A stretch of 64,000 nt of DNA from NCBI GenBank assembly GCA_963743635.1, contig CAVUQO010000003.1, forward strand, positions 32,001 through 96,000, in the 5' to 3' direction. Source of the stretch: Candidatus Babeliales bacterium. Lineage in GTDB: Bacteria > Babelota > Babeliae > Babelales > Vermiphilaceae. The notes beneath the pieces were generated by a model. That model was not told the origin of the DNA. It did not search any database and saw only the letters and a list, made by a program, of their open reading frames with translations. The translations under genes were made by a program, and so were the position numbers. Of the stretch, positions 28,780 to 41,185 are shown piece after piece (position 1 is the first letter of the stretch; each line of letters starts with the position of its first letter).

Positions 28780-29920
28780 ATGAGACATCCTCTTTGGATT
28801 TTAAACAGCGCTCTCCTGTTGCTCCTTATTATTGCTGCAGGATTCACGTTTGTTGCTCAGGTTGAAGTTCCTGAACGAGAAAAAATTACGCCATCTGATG
28901 GCAAAAAAAACATACTCAAGCCTACAAAAAAAATCAATATCGCGGATATTTACACCAATGATCCCTTTGGCATAACTGTCGAAAAACCAAAAGAAGCTAC
29001 TCAGCCTCCCGCACCAATCGAACCGCCACCAGCCCCAGAACCAGCGCAAATACATATTCCGCCTCAACCGGAGCCTACCTTTAAAGATCCATTAAATATT
29101 ACCCTTAAAGGTATTATTATGGTCACGAATGATGATCGCAAAAATCGTGCCATAATTTCAGATAATACCACCAGCAAAGAATCGCTCTATAAAGTGGAAG
29201 ACGTTGTTGAAGATGCGCGTTTGATTAAAATATTAAATAATAAAGTGATATTCTTGCGCGCTAATGGACAACAAGAAGTGCTCTATTTACGTCATAAAGA
29301 TGCCGAGCTTGATCCAGTTTATACGCCACTCAGCAGTTGGAATGAGATTATTGAACAAGTAAATAACACAACATACCTTGTACATATGTATCTTTTCACT
29401 GATCGCGTTAAAAATCTTGCACAATGTATCGACTTACTTGATTTAATTACGGTATACCAAAAAGGTAAAAGTGTTGGATGCCGTGTTGGTCTCGTTGGTG
29501 AACATAGCCTTGGTAAAGCACTTGGCTTTGAAGCAGGCGATATTATCATGAGCGTCGATGGCATTCCTGCAACGGATACCGAACAGCGCCTGAAGATTTA
29601 CAAAAAAATTATAAGTTTGAAAGCAAAAGAATCATTTCGTTATCGCACTCAAGCGCGATGACCAAGATATGAATATCACATTTATACTCAGCGATACGAA
29701 AAAAGCAAAACCGCACCTAACGGCAGCTGAACAAGCACAAGCAGAATCAAAACCAGCGCCACCTCCATCTGAAGAAGTAACACAAGAACAATTAAAAAAC
29801 CTCGAAGAAAGACACACCTTCGCACCAACATTAAAAGATATTCGAGAACGAGAACGTCAAAATATGTTGGATAAAGGAAGAGCTCCACAAAAATCATCAC
29901 CTTCATCAATTACTGAGTAA
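28780..29920 (+). CDS. gspC: Type II secretion protein GspC-like with PDZ domain (one frameshift near 29650)
   Basis: N-terminal TM, Pro-rich linker, LKGI..AII HR-like domain, GFEAGDIIMSVDG PDZ; continues in ORF 29669-29920; precedes a secretin. Confidence 0.7.
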
Positions 29921-29924
29921 TACT

Positions 29925-32534
29925 ATGACAATACTTCATACACGTATTTTCCGAAGACTCATCATCATGCTCTGTGTGTGTACATGCATCCGGGCTGCGC
30001 TCAACTTTACTGATAATAAAACTATCGATAATGGGCAAGAAGTTGCTCAGCCAAATACTGCCAAGGCTCCCGCACCCGCACCACAATCGATTGCTACACA
30101 GGTGGATACGAGCGTTCGCATTGATACGCCGCCCAACCTCATTCCGGTCGATGATACGAAACTAACGCGCCCAGAAGTGCCGAGCGTATATCCAGCAGTG
30201 AACCGAAAATGCTGATGAGGATGAAACCATAGAATTTCACTTTGAAGATGCTGGCCTTGATGTGCTCGTCAATCAAATGGCATCGCTCTATAAAGTTACA
30301 TTCATCACTGATGATATGATCACCCCCCCAACTCCTGCTGATAAAAAACTGATCAAAGGTAACAAAATATCATTCAAAACTAATAAACCACTCACGCGCA
30401 AAGCGGCATGGAATATCTTTTTAACATTCCTAGAACTTGCTGGTTTCACACTTACTAAAGAATCAAAACCAAATATATATCGCGTGGTATCAATTTTTGA
30501 TAAAAAAATAGTAAATCTACCAACGTTCATCGGCACCAAGCCGAGTTGTTGCCCAAAAATGATCAAATGATTCGCTATGTTTATTTCTTGCAAAATGCAA
30601 GTTTGGCTACTATCGAGGAGATTATCAAGGCTCTCAAAAGCACTGCTGCCCCACAACATGTACTACTTACCGATTTTCAAGGATTTATTTTGACCGACAA
30701 GGCATATAACATTGTCAGCCTCATGCAGATCGTCACCGAACTTGATAGAGTGACTATGCCTCAATCAATGTCTGTTATGAAGTTGCGTCGTGCAAATGCA
30801 AAAGAGGTAAAAGACCTGTATGAACAACTCATAGGAAAAGAAAAACATGAAGGCGTTGCTTCACGCTTATTTCCTGCGCGCAAACAATCAACCGCTGTTT
30901 ATTTCCCTGAAAACTTACGCATCATCGCCGATGAACGAGCCAATGCTCTCATCTTGCTCGGTTCAGAAGATGCGATTAAAAAAATCGAAGAATTTGTAAC
31001 AAAGCATGTTGACGTTGATATTACCGCTCCTTATCCTCCTATTCGCGTGCATAAGCTCAAGTATGCGGATGCAGAAACCGTTGCTGGAATTATGAATGAC
31101 ATGTCTGGGTTTGGTAAAGATACTCCCGCAGGTATATATGGTGGCGTTCGTGGCGATGATAAATATATTAAGAAAATGAACTTCACTGCTGAACAAGGTT
31201 CAAATCGCCTGATCATCCAAGGGGATGAAGAAGACTATGTTATGGTCAAAGAAATACTCGCAAAATTGGATGAACCGCAACCGCAAGTTGCTATCGAAGT
31301 GCTCATTTTAGCAGTGTCGGTCGCTGAGTCTAAACAGCTTGGTGTACAGTTGCGTAGCAAAACGCCTGGCGGCGTTGATGGCCTCGTTGGACCTAACGTA
31401 AAATTCCAAACATCGGGCATGTATGGCACATCAGGGATACAAACATCCTCGGCTGGAGGCGGCGCTAATTTACTCCTTGGTAATCTTATTAATCTTGCAG
31501 TAGGCGCATCTCCTGGCAATACACTCGTATCACTCGGGCAAGATCTTTATGGAGTATGGGGCTTACTTCAAGCACTTCAATCCGTTACGAATACACAGGT
31601 AGTGGCAAATCCATTCTTGGTTGCTACTAATAAAACTCCGGCATCAGTCCAAATTGGTCAAACGCGCCGTGTCGTTGTCGCTAACGTTGTCGCTACTTCA
31701 TCTCAAGCTTCACAAGATGATAAGCCGGCAAATCTTATGGTTAAATTTACGCCGCAAATAAATTCTGACGGCATGATTAAAATGGATCTTGAAATTCAAG
31801 TAAACTCATTTGCTGATCCTACAGATTTTACGAGTGCAACTGTGAACGTTAAATATCTTAAAACGAGTACCATAGTTTCAAGTGGTGAAGTATTAGCACT
31901 TGGTGGATTGATTCAAAATACTGCTACTGAAAACAGAAGCCAAACCCCTGTTTTAGGAAATATTCCTATTCTTGGTTGGCTGTTTAAAAATAGGCAGGAC
32001 TCTGTCAGTAAGGACAATCTTCTTATTTTGATTTGCCCGCGCATTTTACCCGCTGAGTCTTCCAAGGATGCGGACAAGTTTACCAATAATCACATCATTG
32101 GTTATCGTACTACGCTTGCTGATATGATGGCACCGAATGATCCGCGCGATCCAATTAATAGATTCTTCTTTGAAAGAAAAGATGGTTCAGCTGACCAGGT
32201 AGTAGAAGAATTCTTGTTTACGCGATCGGATAACACCAAGAAAAATACAAAGCCTCAAAAAAAGAACCTCCAAAAGAATCAACAAGCGCGAAAACGTTCA
32301 AACCGAAACTCTTTTACGCAAGATCCAAAAGGGCCCAATCTAGAAAATGAAATGGTCGATAGCCAAGCAACTGCGGCCATGAAACAAAATGAGATTGCCG
32401 TTGCACACGCAGCGCCTCCAGAATCGGAACCCGCTGCACCGACTTCTAAAAAGTTATCCGTGCGTTCGCCGCAACGAGGTCGCCGCTCTCTTTCCACGCT
32501 CATTGAAGACACGCAAACTGAAGGGGTAAGCTGA
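29925..32534 (+). CDS. gspD: Type II secretion secretin GspD, copy 1 (frameshifts near 30200 and 30540)
   Basis: Three ORF pieces: signal peptide, N0 domain (EFHFEDA), N-domains and secretin core QVAIEVLI, LGGLI, PVLGNIPILGWLFK. Confidence 0.85.
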
Positions 32535-34156
32535 TGATAAGAGAACTATTTCTTCCAAGCTCACTCGCAGGCCGCTACATTATTTCGCAACGAGTTGTCG
32601 GCATTGATGTTGCACGCACGTATGTCAGCGCCAGTCAGGTATATCTGCACGATAAATCAATCACCATTGAAAAATGCATTAATGAGCCACTTGAAATTGG
32701 TAACACTACAAACTATGAAGAGCGCGTGATCACCGCGCTGAAAGCAATTAAACCTCAATTAGATAAATACAACACGATTCGCACCACTATCCCCAGCTCG
32801 ACTGCGATCATCAAAGAAATTACCCTGCCATTTACGCAGCCTGAGAAAATAAAAATGGTACTCGAATATGAAATCGAACCACTGCTGCCGTTTTCTCTCA
32901 ACGATGCAATTGTAGATGGCATCATTACCAAAATTATTCCTGAAGAGAACAAGGCACTCGTATTAGTAGCAGCGGTACCAAAAGAACATATTGCGCACCA
33001 TTTAGAGTTATTGCGGGCCGCAGATCTCGACCCAGATATCATTTCCATAGATTTTTTTGATCTCTATGAATTATGCCGCATGATACCGGCTTATGCAGCA
33101 GACAATCAATCAGTCGTGATTATTGATCTTGAATCTCATAGCACACGCATCGGATATTTGTATAATGGCGCACTGCGCATTGTGCGAACTCTTCCAAAAG
33201 GTCTTGTTAATCAAGTGAAATCAATTAGCGAAACGCTCGGCATGCAACCAAGTGCGGTTATGGAACAAGTAATTCGGCATGGCTTCGATCATACCGACAA
33301 ATCATTTACCGATGCACTCAAGGAATCTTTGGATGCCTTTTGGAATGATATTGCATTCACCCTCACTTCATTTACCGCGCAATCAGATAAAAAAATTGAT
33401 ACTATTCTGCTTTTAGGATCTGGCGCTGACATTCAGGGCTTTCCTGGTTTTATTACGGAAAAAACGGGCGTTGCCTGCCAAAAATTAGAGATCAATCAAA
33501 TCACACTCCAAAAAAATATTATCTTTAAGCAAAATGGTACTATCTCACAAGCATGCATGCTCAGCCTTGCTGCCGCATTAAATCCGGCTAATGCTGAATC
33601 ATTTAATTTGCGCAGAAAAGAATTTGCTTCAAAAAAGATACCGCTCTTTATGAAACAGCTGATTACTGCGGGAATTTTGAGCTGCTTACTGGTTTTTGGA
33701 TTTGTTGGTTACATCGTCTATGAGTTAGCATCACTCCATAGTGAACTGGGTTCATCCACTGAAGAACTTTCTAATGATATCAAGGAAAAACTGCAGATCA
33801 CTGCTGAAGGCGATCGGGACCTGAAAGGTTTGATTAGCGATGCAGAAACAAAAGTGAATGGACGCAAACAACTCGTAGAAGCATTTTCAGGCGGCCAGCG
33901 CGCATCATTTTTACAATGTCTTGATGAATTAGCTACCGTAACGCTCAAAGATAGAAATGATCTTGGTTTTAATTTAAAAAGATTAACAATTGCGGATCAC
34001 GAGTTAACGCTTACGGGCAGTGTGCAAAACGATTCTCAACTCAACATATTTCAACGGCGATTACAAACTTCCAAGTTCTTCGATTATAAAGGTAAGATTC
34101 AACTTCCTGAATTCGACAATTTAAAAATTCCTCTCAACACTCGAGGGAACCTATAA
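32534..34156 (+). CDS. gspL: GspL / PilM-PilN-like assembly protein
   Basis: Actin-like VGID, IIDL, LLLGSGA; TM followed by a PilN-like periplasmic region. Confidence 0.7.
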   Translation: MIRELFLPSSLAGRYIISQRVVGIDVARTYVSASQVYLHDKSITIEKCINEPLEIGNTTNYEERVITALKAIKPQLDKYNTIRTTIPSSTAIIKEITLPFTQPEKIKMVLEYEIEPLLPFSLNDAIVDGIITKIIPEENKALVLVAAVPKEHIAHHLELLRAADLDPDIISIDFFDLYELCRMIPAYAADNQSVVIIDLESHSTRIGYLYNGALRIVRTLPKGLVNQVKSISETLGMQPSAVMEQVIRHGFDHTDKSFTDALKESLDAFWNDIAFTLTSFTAQSDKKIDTILLLGSGADIQGFPGFITEKTGVACQKLEINQITLQKNIIFKQNGTISQACMLSLAAALNPANAESFNLRRKEFASKKIPLFMKQLITAGILSCLLVFGFVGYIVYELASLHSELGSSTEELSNDIKEKLQITAEGDRDLKGLISDAETKVNGRKQLVEAFSGGQRASFLQCLDELATVTLKDRNDLGFNLKRLTIADHELTLTGSVQNDSQLNIFQRRLQTSKFFDYKGKIQLPEFDNLKIPLNTRGNL

Positions 34157-34713
34157 TGCAACTACTCGATACTATCAAGCACCATATTTTACAATTGGAT
34201 GAAAAGACGTTTTTTGCCTATATTGGTGGGTTTATTCTTGGACTACTGCTCGTATTGGGCGGTCTCTTTTATTATTACTCGCAAGCCTCTGAAGAGCTGG
34301 TAACTGAAATTCAAGAACTCAATACAGAGCGAACAAAAATGCGTAAACTGTTTGAAACATATGCTCAGGTAAGAAAGCAAGAAGTTACCGTTGATAAACT
34401 GCTCAAAGAAAATGAAAATTTTAGAATTTATGACCAATTCACCAAAATTTTAGAGAAGGTAATACCCAACGGCAGCGCCATTAGAGAAAAACCAACATCG
34501 GAGCTCAAGGGAAAATATCTTGAATGGACACTCACCACAAATATTAGCATGGTCGATATGAAACAAATATGTGAGTTGCTACAGGCCATTGAAGAAAATC
34601 CGCGCCTTTACACCAAAGAGCTCGATATTACACGATCAGCAACAGCCGCAAACAAGCTTGACGTAAGGCTTGCCATAGGCACACTAGACTTAAACACAAC
34701 CCCTGGTACCTAA
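34156..34713 (+). CDS. gspM: GspM/PilO-like protein
   Basis: N-terminal TM, coiled coil, ELLQAIE ferredoxin-like region; follows gspL. Confidence 0.6.
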   Translation: MQLLDTIKHHILQLDEKTFFAYIGGFILGLLLVLGGLFYYYSQASEELVTEIQELNTERTKMRKLFETYAQVRKQEVTVDKLLKENENFRIYDQFTKILEKVIPNGSAIREKPTSELKGKYLEWTLTTNISMVDMKQICELLQAIEENPRLYTKELDITRSATAANKLDVRLAIGTLDLNTTPGT

Positions 34714-37350
34714 ATGGAGTTGGCCATGAAAAAAATTATTTATAGTTTACTGATACTGTGGTTAACAACCCCCGGTATTTATGCCAGAACCATCGAAGCT
34801 AAAGAAGAACCTTTTTATTTTCAGTTCAATAATGAAGAATTGGTTGACGTAGTCAATCGTCTTGCGGCAAAAAAAGAAATTAATATTGTATTTCCAGTAA
34901 AATCTCCACTTACTGCTCGTATCACCATGGCTATTGATGATCCATTTACCATAGATCAGGCGTGGGAAAAACTGTATACCATTCTTGATCTCGCAGGTTA
35001 TTCTCTTATTAATAAAGGTGCACAATACACTATTGTAAAGACAGAGGCAGGAAAAGATGGCGTTATTCGAGAGCCAGTTCCTATTTATATCGGCGTATCC
35101 CCAGAAAAACTGCCCGACTCTGATGAACGCATTCGCTATATTTATTATCTGACCAATTTTAAAATTGGTGATAACTTTGATAAAAGCGAATTATTCCCAA
35201 TCTTACAAAATATATTTCCTGATACAGCAAGTTATTTAGGCGATCCACAAACGAATGGCATCATACTAACTGACAAGTCCAGCAATATTAAATCGGCAAT
35301 GGATATCATTGCTAAGCTCGATAATATGACCCTCCAAGAAACCTTCGAAGTCATCCCGCTGCATAACACCAGTGCACAAATGATAAAGGATATTTTTTAT
35401 GGAAAAGATGGAAAACAAGGAATCTTGGGCGATGACAATAAAAATCAATATGGCTTTGAGGCAAAAAAACAACAGTCAGAAACTAACTATTTCCCTAAAA
35501 ATGTACGTATCATTCCGATAACTCGCACCAATTCAATACTTGTTCTTGGCACCAAGACCGCCATCCAACGCATTCGCGATTTCTTAACCAAATATATTGA
35601 TGTGGAGCTTGAATCTGGAAAATCAATTCTCCATATTTACAAGCTGCAGTATATGGATGCTAATGATATTAAGAAGGTTTTAGAGGATATCGTTAAACCA
35701 ATGAAAAAAGGCTCTACCGGACAATCCGCAGGCGGCGACAAGGCTAGTGCAGGCGTAAATCCAAGCACTCAAGAACGTGTGTTTGATGAAATCATTATTC
35801 AAACCGACGTTCCCGCCAATAAGGACGATAAAAACAAACAATATTTTGGTAATAATAATCTCATTGTTGCTTGCCGCAATGATGATTGGGTGAAAATAAA
35901 AGGGCTCATTGAGCAACTTGATCAGCCTCAATCGCAAGTAATCATCGAAATTTTAGTCGCAGATTTAACACTCCAAGATACTCGCGATTTAGGAGCGATC
36001 ACACGCAACCCTCTTGAGCTCGGCTTTCCGCCCGGAGTAAATATTCAGGCTGCTCAAATTGGTCTTGCTGCTGCAGTGGTTCCCAATAGCCCAATAAGTA
36101 ATGCTTCATCGCTTGCCTGCGATCTTGCAAGTACTAGCAACTTAGTTCCTAATCCAAATTCAACGACTACCCCACCTGGTCTTATTCAGCAATCTGTTCT
36201 TGCATCAGTACCCGTAGGGGCGACGGCGATTGCCATTAATGATGGCGGCACCAATTCTGCATGGTCTGTATTTCAAATGCTTGATCTTTTTACCTATAAC
36301 AAAGTAATATCCAATCCACACTTGATCGCAACGAATGGCACACCAGCCAAAGTTGTAATCGGGCAGACACGCCTCATTCAAGATCAGACTGCTGGTAGTG
36401 GTGGTGGTACTGCGGTAGTTAACTTGAAAGATATCGGGGCATTGTTGCAAATTAATCTAACCCCTCGCATCTATACGTCTGATGCGGCTGGCGGCAAAGA
36501 TGATACGGTTAGCTTAAGCGTTACTGTTGAAATTTCTAATTTTATAGCCGGAACTAACACCAATAATGCGCGCCAAACGCGTACGGTTGAGACATGCGCG
36601 ATGCTTAAAAATGGCCAAATTTTAGCACTCGGCGGTCTCATTAATCATGAAATAGATGACGCAGTGAATGAAACGCCTATCCTGGCTAAAATACCTATTC
36701 TTGGTTGGTTCGCAAAACAACGTAACAATAACTACATTGATAATAATTTAACGATATTTATTGCGCCTACCATTATCGAACCTCGATTACGCGGCGGTAC
36801 CGGCCAATATACTGAAGATTATTCGGGAGTTATTAGACAATATTGCAAAGAAAGCGAAGCATTTGATTCCTTGCAAGATCCAATAACGCGTTGGTTCTTC
36901 AAGAATGACTATGATCCACAAAAAGAGCTCAAGGAATTCATGGACTTGGACGAATTTAAACGCCATCCGGATCCAAAACAATATAAGAGCCTTGTTGATA
37001 CAGAACAAGCTGCATCAGTTGAAGAAGCTAATGCACCAGACAAGAAGAATAAGGATAAGAAATCAAAACGCATCGTGTTAACCAACGTTGACAAAAAAGA
37101 AGATGTTACGACTGTCATCCAAGCGCCACATGATATGCATACGGCTACACCTACACCTGATACCAGCACAAAAGTAGCAGCCGCAGAAAAACCTACTGCG
37201 TTGGCTGACGTTGTATCATCATTCGAGCCATTGCCTGAACAATCAACGTCGATGACGGTGGCATCTGCGCCGGCTCCTCAACGCGATATGAATGCGTTGA
37301 GAAGTCAGTTACAAAAGATACTTGAAGCGGAAGAAAATCCGCTATTGTAA
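34714..37350 (+). CDS. gspD: Type II secretion secretin GspD, copy 2
   Basis: Signal peptide, FQFNNEEL N0, LDQPQSQVIIEILV, LGGLI, PILAKIPILGWF; start may be 34726. Confidence 0.88.
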   Translation: MELAMKKIIYSLLILWLTTPGIYARTIEAKEEPFYFQFNNEELVDVVNRLAAKKEINIVFPVKSPLTARITMAIDDPFTIDQAWEKLYTILDLAGYSLINKGAQYTIVKTEAGKDGVIREPVPIYIGVSPEKLPDSDERIRYIYYLTNFKIGDNFDKSELFPILQNIFPDTASYLGDPQTNGIILTDKSSNIKSAMDIIAKLDNMTLQETFEVIPLHNTSAQMIKDIFYGKDGKQGILGDDNKNQYGFEAKKQQSETNYFPKNVRIIPITRTNSILVLGTKTAIQRIRDFLTKYIDVELESGKSILHIYKLQYMDANDIKKVLEDIVKPMKKGSTGQSAGGDKASAGVNPSTQERVFDEIIIQTDVPANKDDKNKQYFGNNNLIVACRNDDWVKIKGLIEQLDQPQSQVIIEILVADLTLQDTRDLGAITRNPLELGFPPGVNIQAAQIGLAAAVVPNSPISNASSLACDLASTSNLVPNPNSTTTPPGLIQQSVLASVPVGATAIAINDGGTNSAWSVFQMLDLFTYNKVISNPHLIATNGTPAKVVIGQTRLIQDQTAGSGGGTAVVNLKDIGALLQINLTPRIYTSDAAGGKDDTVSLSVTVEISNFIAGTNTNNARQTRTVETCAMLKNGQILALGGLINHEIDDAVNETPILAKIPILGWFAKQRNNNYIDNNLTIFIAPTIIEPRLRGGTGQYTEDYSGVIRQYCKESEAFDSLQDPITRWFFKNDYDPQKELKEFMDLDEFKRHPDPKQYKSLVDTEQAASVEEANAPDKKNKDKKSKRIVLTNVDKKEDVTTVIQAPHDMHTATPTPDTSTKVAAAEKPTALADVVSSFEPLPEQSTSMTVASAPAPQRDMNALRSQLQKILEAEENPLL

Positions 37351-37410
37351 GATGAACTCAACTTAAAGAGTTCATTTTATAGCAAGACTTGCTAAGTGAT
37401 GCACATTTAT

Positions 37411-37595
37411 CCCTTATGTCCCGCGTTACGCCCCTCCGGGCTACTAGGGACGAACGGGAGTGGATATTTGTTTCAAGAATTAGGTTTTTTATATGAATTT
37501 ATTTATGTTTTTTCCGTTAATAAATGCTTAATTTAACGGGAGACTCTCCATCCCCGTTCGTCCCTAGTAGCGGAGCGTAACGCGGGACATAAGGG
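37411..37595. repeat. REPIN-like doublet: ~45-bp GC-rich inverted repeats around an AT-rich spacer
   Basis: CCCTTATGTCCCGCGTTACGC..GCTACTAGGGACGAACGGG at 37411-37458 and its reverse complement at ~37553-37595. Confidence 0.85.
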
Positions 37596-37623
37596 GGCGC
37601 AAATTTGTGCACTGTTTAAAATA

Positions 37624-37842
37624 TGAATTATCTGATTTAAAATCCTTCGCACATTTTTCTCCTACCCCTTCGATCCTTCGCTATACTCAGGCCTCAGGAG
37701 CAGGAATAAAAACACTTCCAGCCTTCGCATAAAGCTACGGCGGACAGGCAGGACGAAACGGGCGCAGTCCGGCGAAGCAAAACACTTCCTGAGGTATAAC
37801 TTCGAAGTATTAGCGTAGACGGAGGAGGAGATTTTACTTATT
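37624..37842. repeat. Nested composite REP-like element
   Basis: Backbone is the reverse complement of 11395-11522, interrupted by gccttcgcataaagctacggcggacagg and by a unit homologous to 43306-43365. Confidence 0.7.
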
Positions 37843-37909
37843 TTTTTATGATGGGATCGCGGTTTAATATTAACTTGCTTATATAAAGTTCGCGGTATAA
37901 TGTAATGAA

Positions 37910-39171
37910 TTATGATCCAAACACACCGAGTACAAGATTATCTTCAATGCGAAGCATTTCATTGTATTTAGCCATGCATTCGCCGCGCGAACATCCGCCC
38001 GCTTTGATCTGACCCGCACTGGTTCCCACTGCAAGATCAACAATAAACGTATCGTTCGTTTCACCCGATCTATGAGATACGATGGTATTAAATCCATGTT
38101 CTTTGCATAATTTAATTGCTTGCAACGTTTCTATAACGGTACCGATTTGATTTGGTTTGATAATTGCCGCATTTGCAAGGCCTTTTTCCATAGCATCAGC
38201 AATACGCTGCGCATGCGTTGCAAAAATATCATCACCAACGATTTGAAGTTTTTCGCCAAGTGTTTCGGTCAATATATGCCATGCTTCATAATCATCATAC
38301 CCAAGACCATCTTCAATAGAATACAGCGGATAATGAGTTGCGAGAGAAACATATTCTTGGATCAATTCTTGTGAAGTAATACGGAGCATTGTGCCAGTTA
38401 TATAGTTTTGTTTTTGGATCATAAAATTGTGATGCGGCAACATCAAGCGCTAATACAAAATCGCCTTCACGATCAACACCGGAAAAATTAATCGCTTCCA
38501 TAATCAAATCAAGCGCTTCGCGTTCATGCGCAAATGATACAGCATATCCCCCTTCATCACCAATACCAATCAATTTTCCCTGCTTTTTAAGCAAATCGCC
38601 AAGCGTGTGAAATACTATCGTTGCTAATTCAAGAGATGTCCTAAAGCTGGACGCGCCGGTCGGCACAATCATAAATTCTTGTATTTGCAAACCGTATTAG
38701 CATGCGCTCCACCATTTATAATGTTAAACATCGGAAAGGGCAAACTGACTGATTCAAAATCGCATAACTGAGCAATGAGTTCATAAACGTGCATGTTATT
38801 GGCATATGCTTGCGCTTTGCATAATGCAATACTTACCGCAATCATGGTATTTCCACCAAGACGCGATTTATTCGGCGTACCATCCATCTCAATCATTTTT
38901 AAATCAAATTCAACAACGTCCGGAGTCTTGCCGAGCAATTCAGGCGCGAGTATCAGTTTCCAATAATATTGATAGCTTTTCCTAACACCATGCCCCATCA
39001 AGCGACTGTTATCCTTATCACGCAAATCAAATGCCTCAAATGGTCCACACGATTTGCCAGTCGGAACAGATGCGACTACAGGAACACTATCATCTAGCAC
39101 AATTTCACATTCAATGTTGGAAATCCACGCGAATCAAAAATTTCTCTGGCAGATACGCCGGTTATTTTCAT
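37910..39171 (-). CDS. eno: Enolase (several frameshifts, probably sequencing errors)
   Basis: MKITGVSAREIFDSRG, NIINGGAHA, QEFMIVP, GDEGG, LDVAASQF, SIEDG, IKPNQIGT, SHRSGET spread over different frames. Confidence 0.92.
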
Positions 39172-39252
39172 ATACTTCCTTTTTTTGCTCGATTCAATTA
39201 TTTATGTACAAAGTTACAGCTTACCCAAAATTCTAATCAAGTTTAAAAATAA

Positions 39253-39288
39253 AAAAGCGCACAATGAGTTTAACCCATTGTGCGCTTT
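39253..39288 (-). terminator. Intrinsic terminator after aspS
   Basis: AAAGCGCACAATG/CATTGTGCGCTTT with an A run on its left (U-tract on the minus strand). Confidence 0.7.
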
Positions 39289-39307
39289 ATTTTTCTTATA
39301 AAAGGAA

Positions 39308-41082
<1,775 letters not shown>

Positions 41083-41185
41083 GTATTCTTCCTACCAAGA
41101 TATTAAAGTCATATTATTCTTTATATAACCGATCCATTGTAGCACAAATATCAGAACTTAATAATGCCTGATCTATGCTCATATT

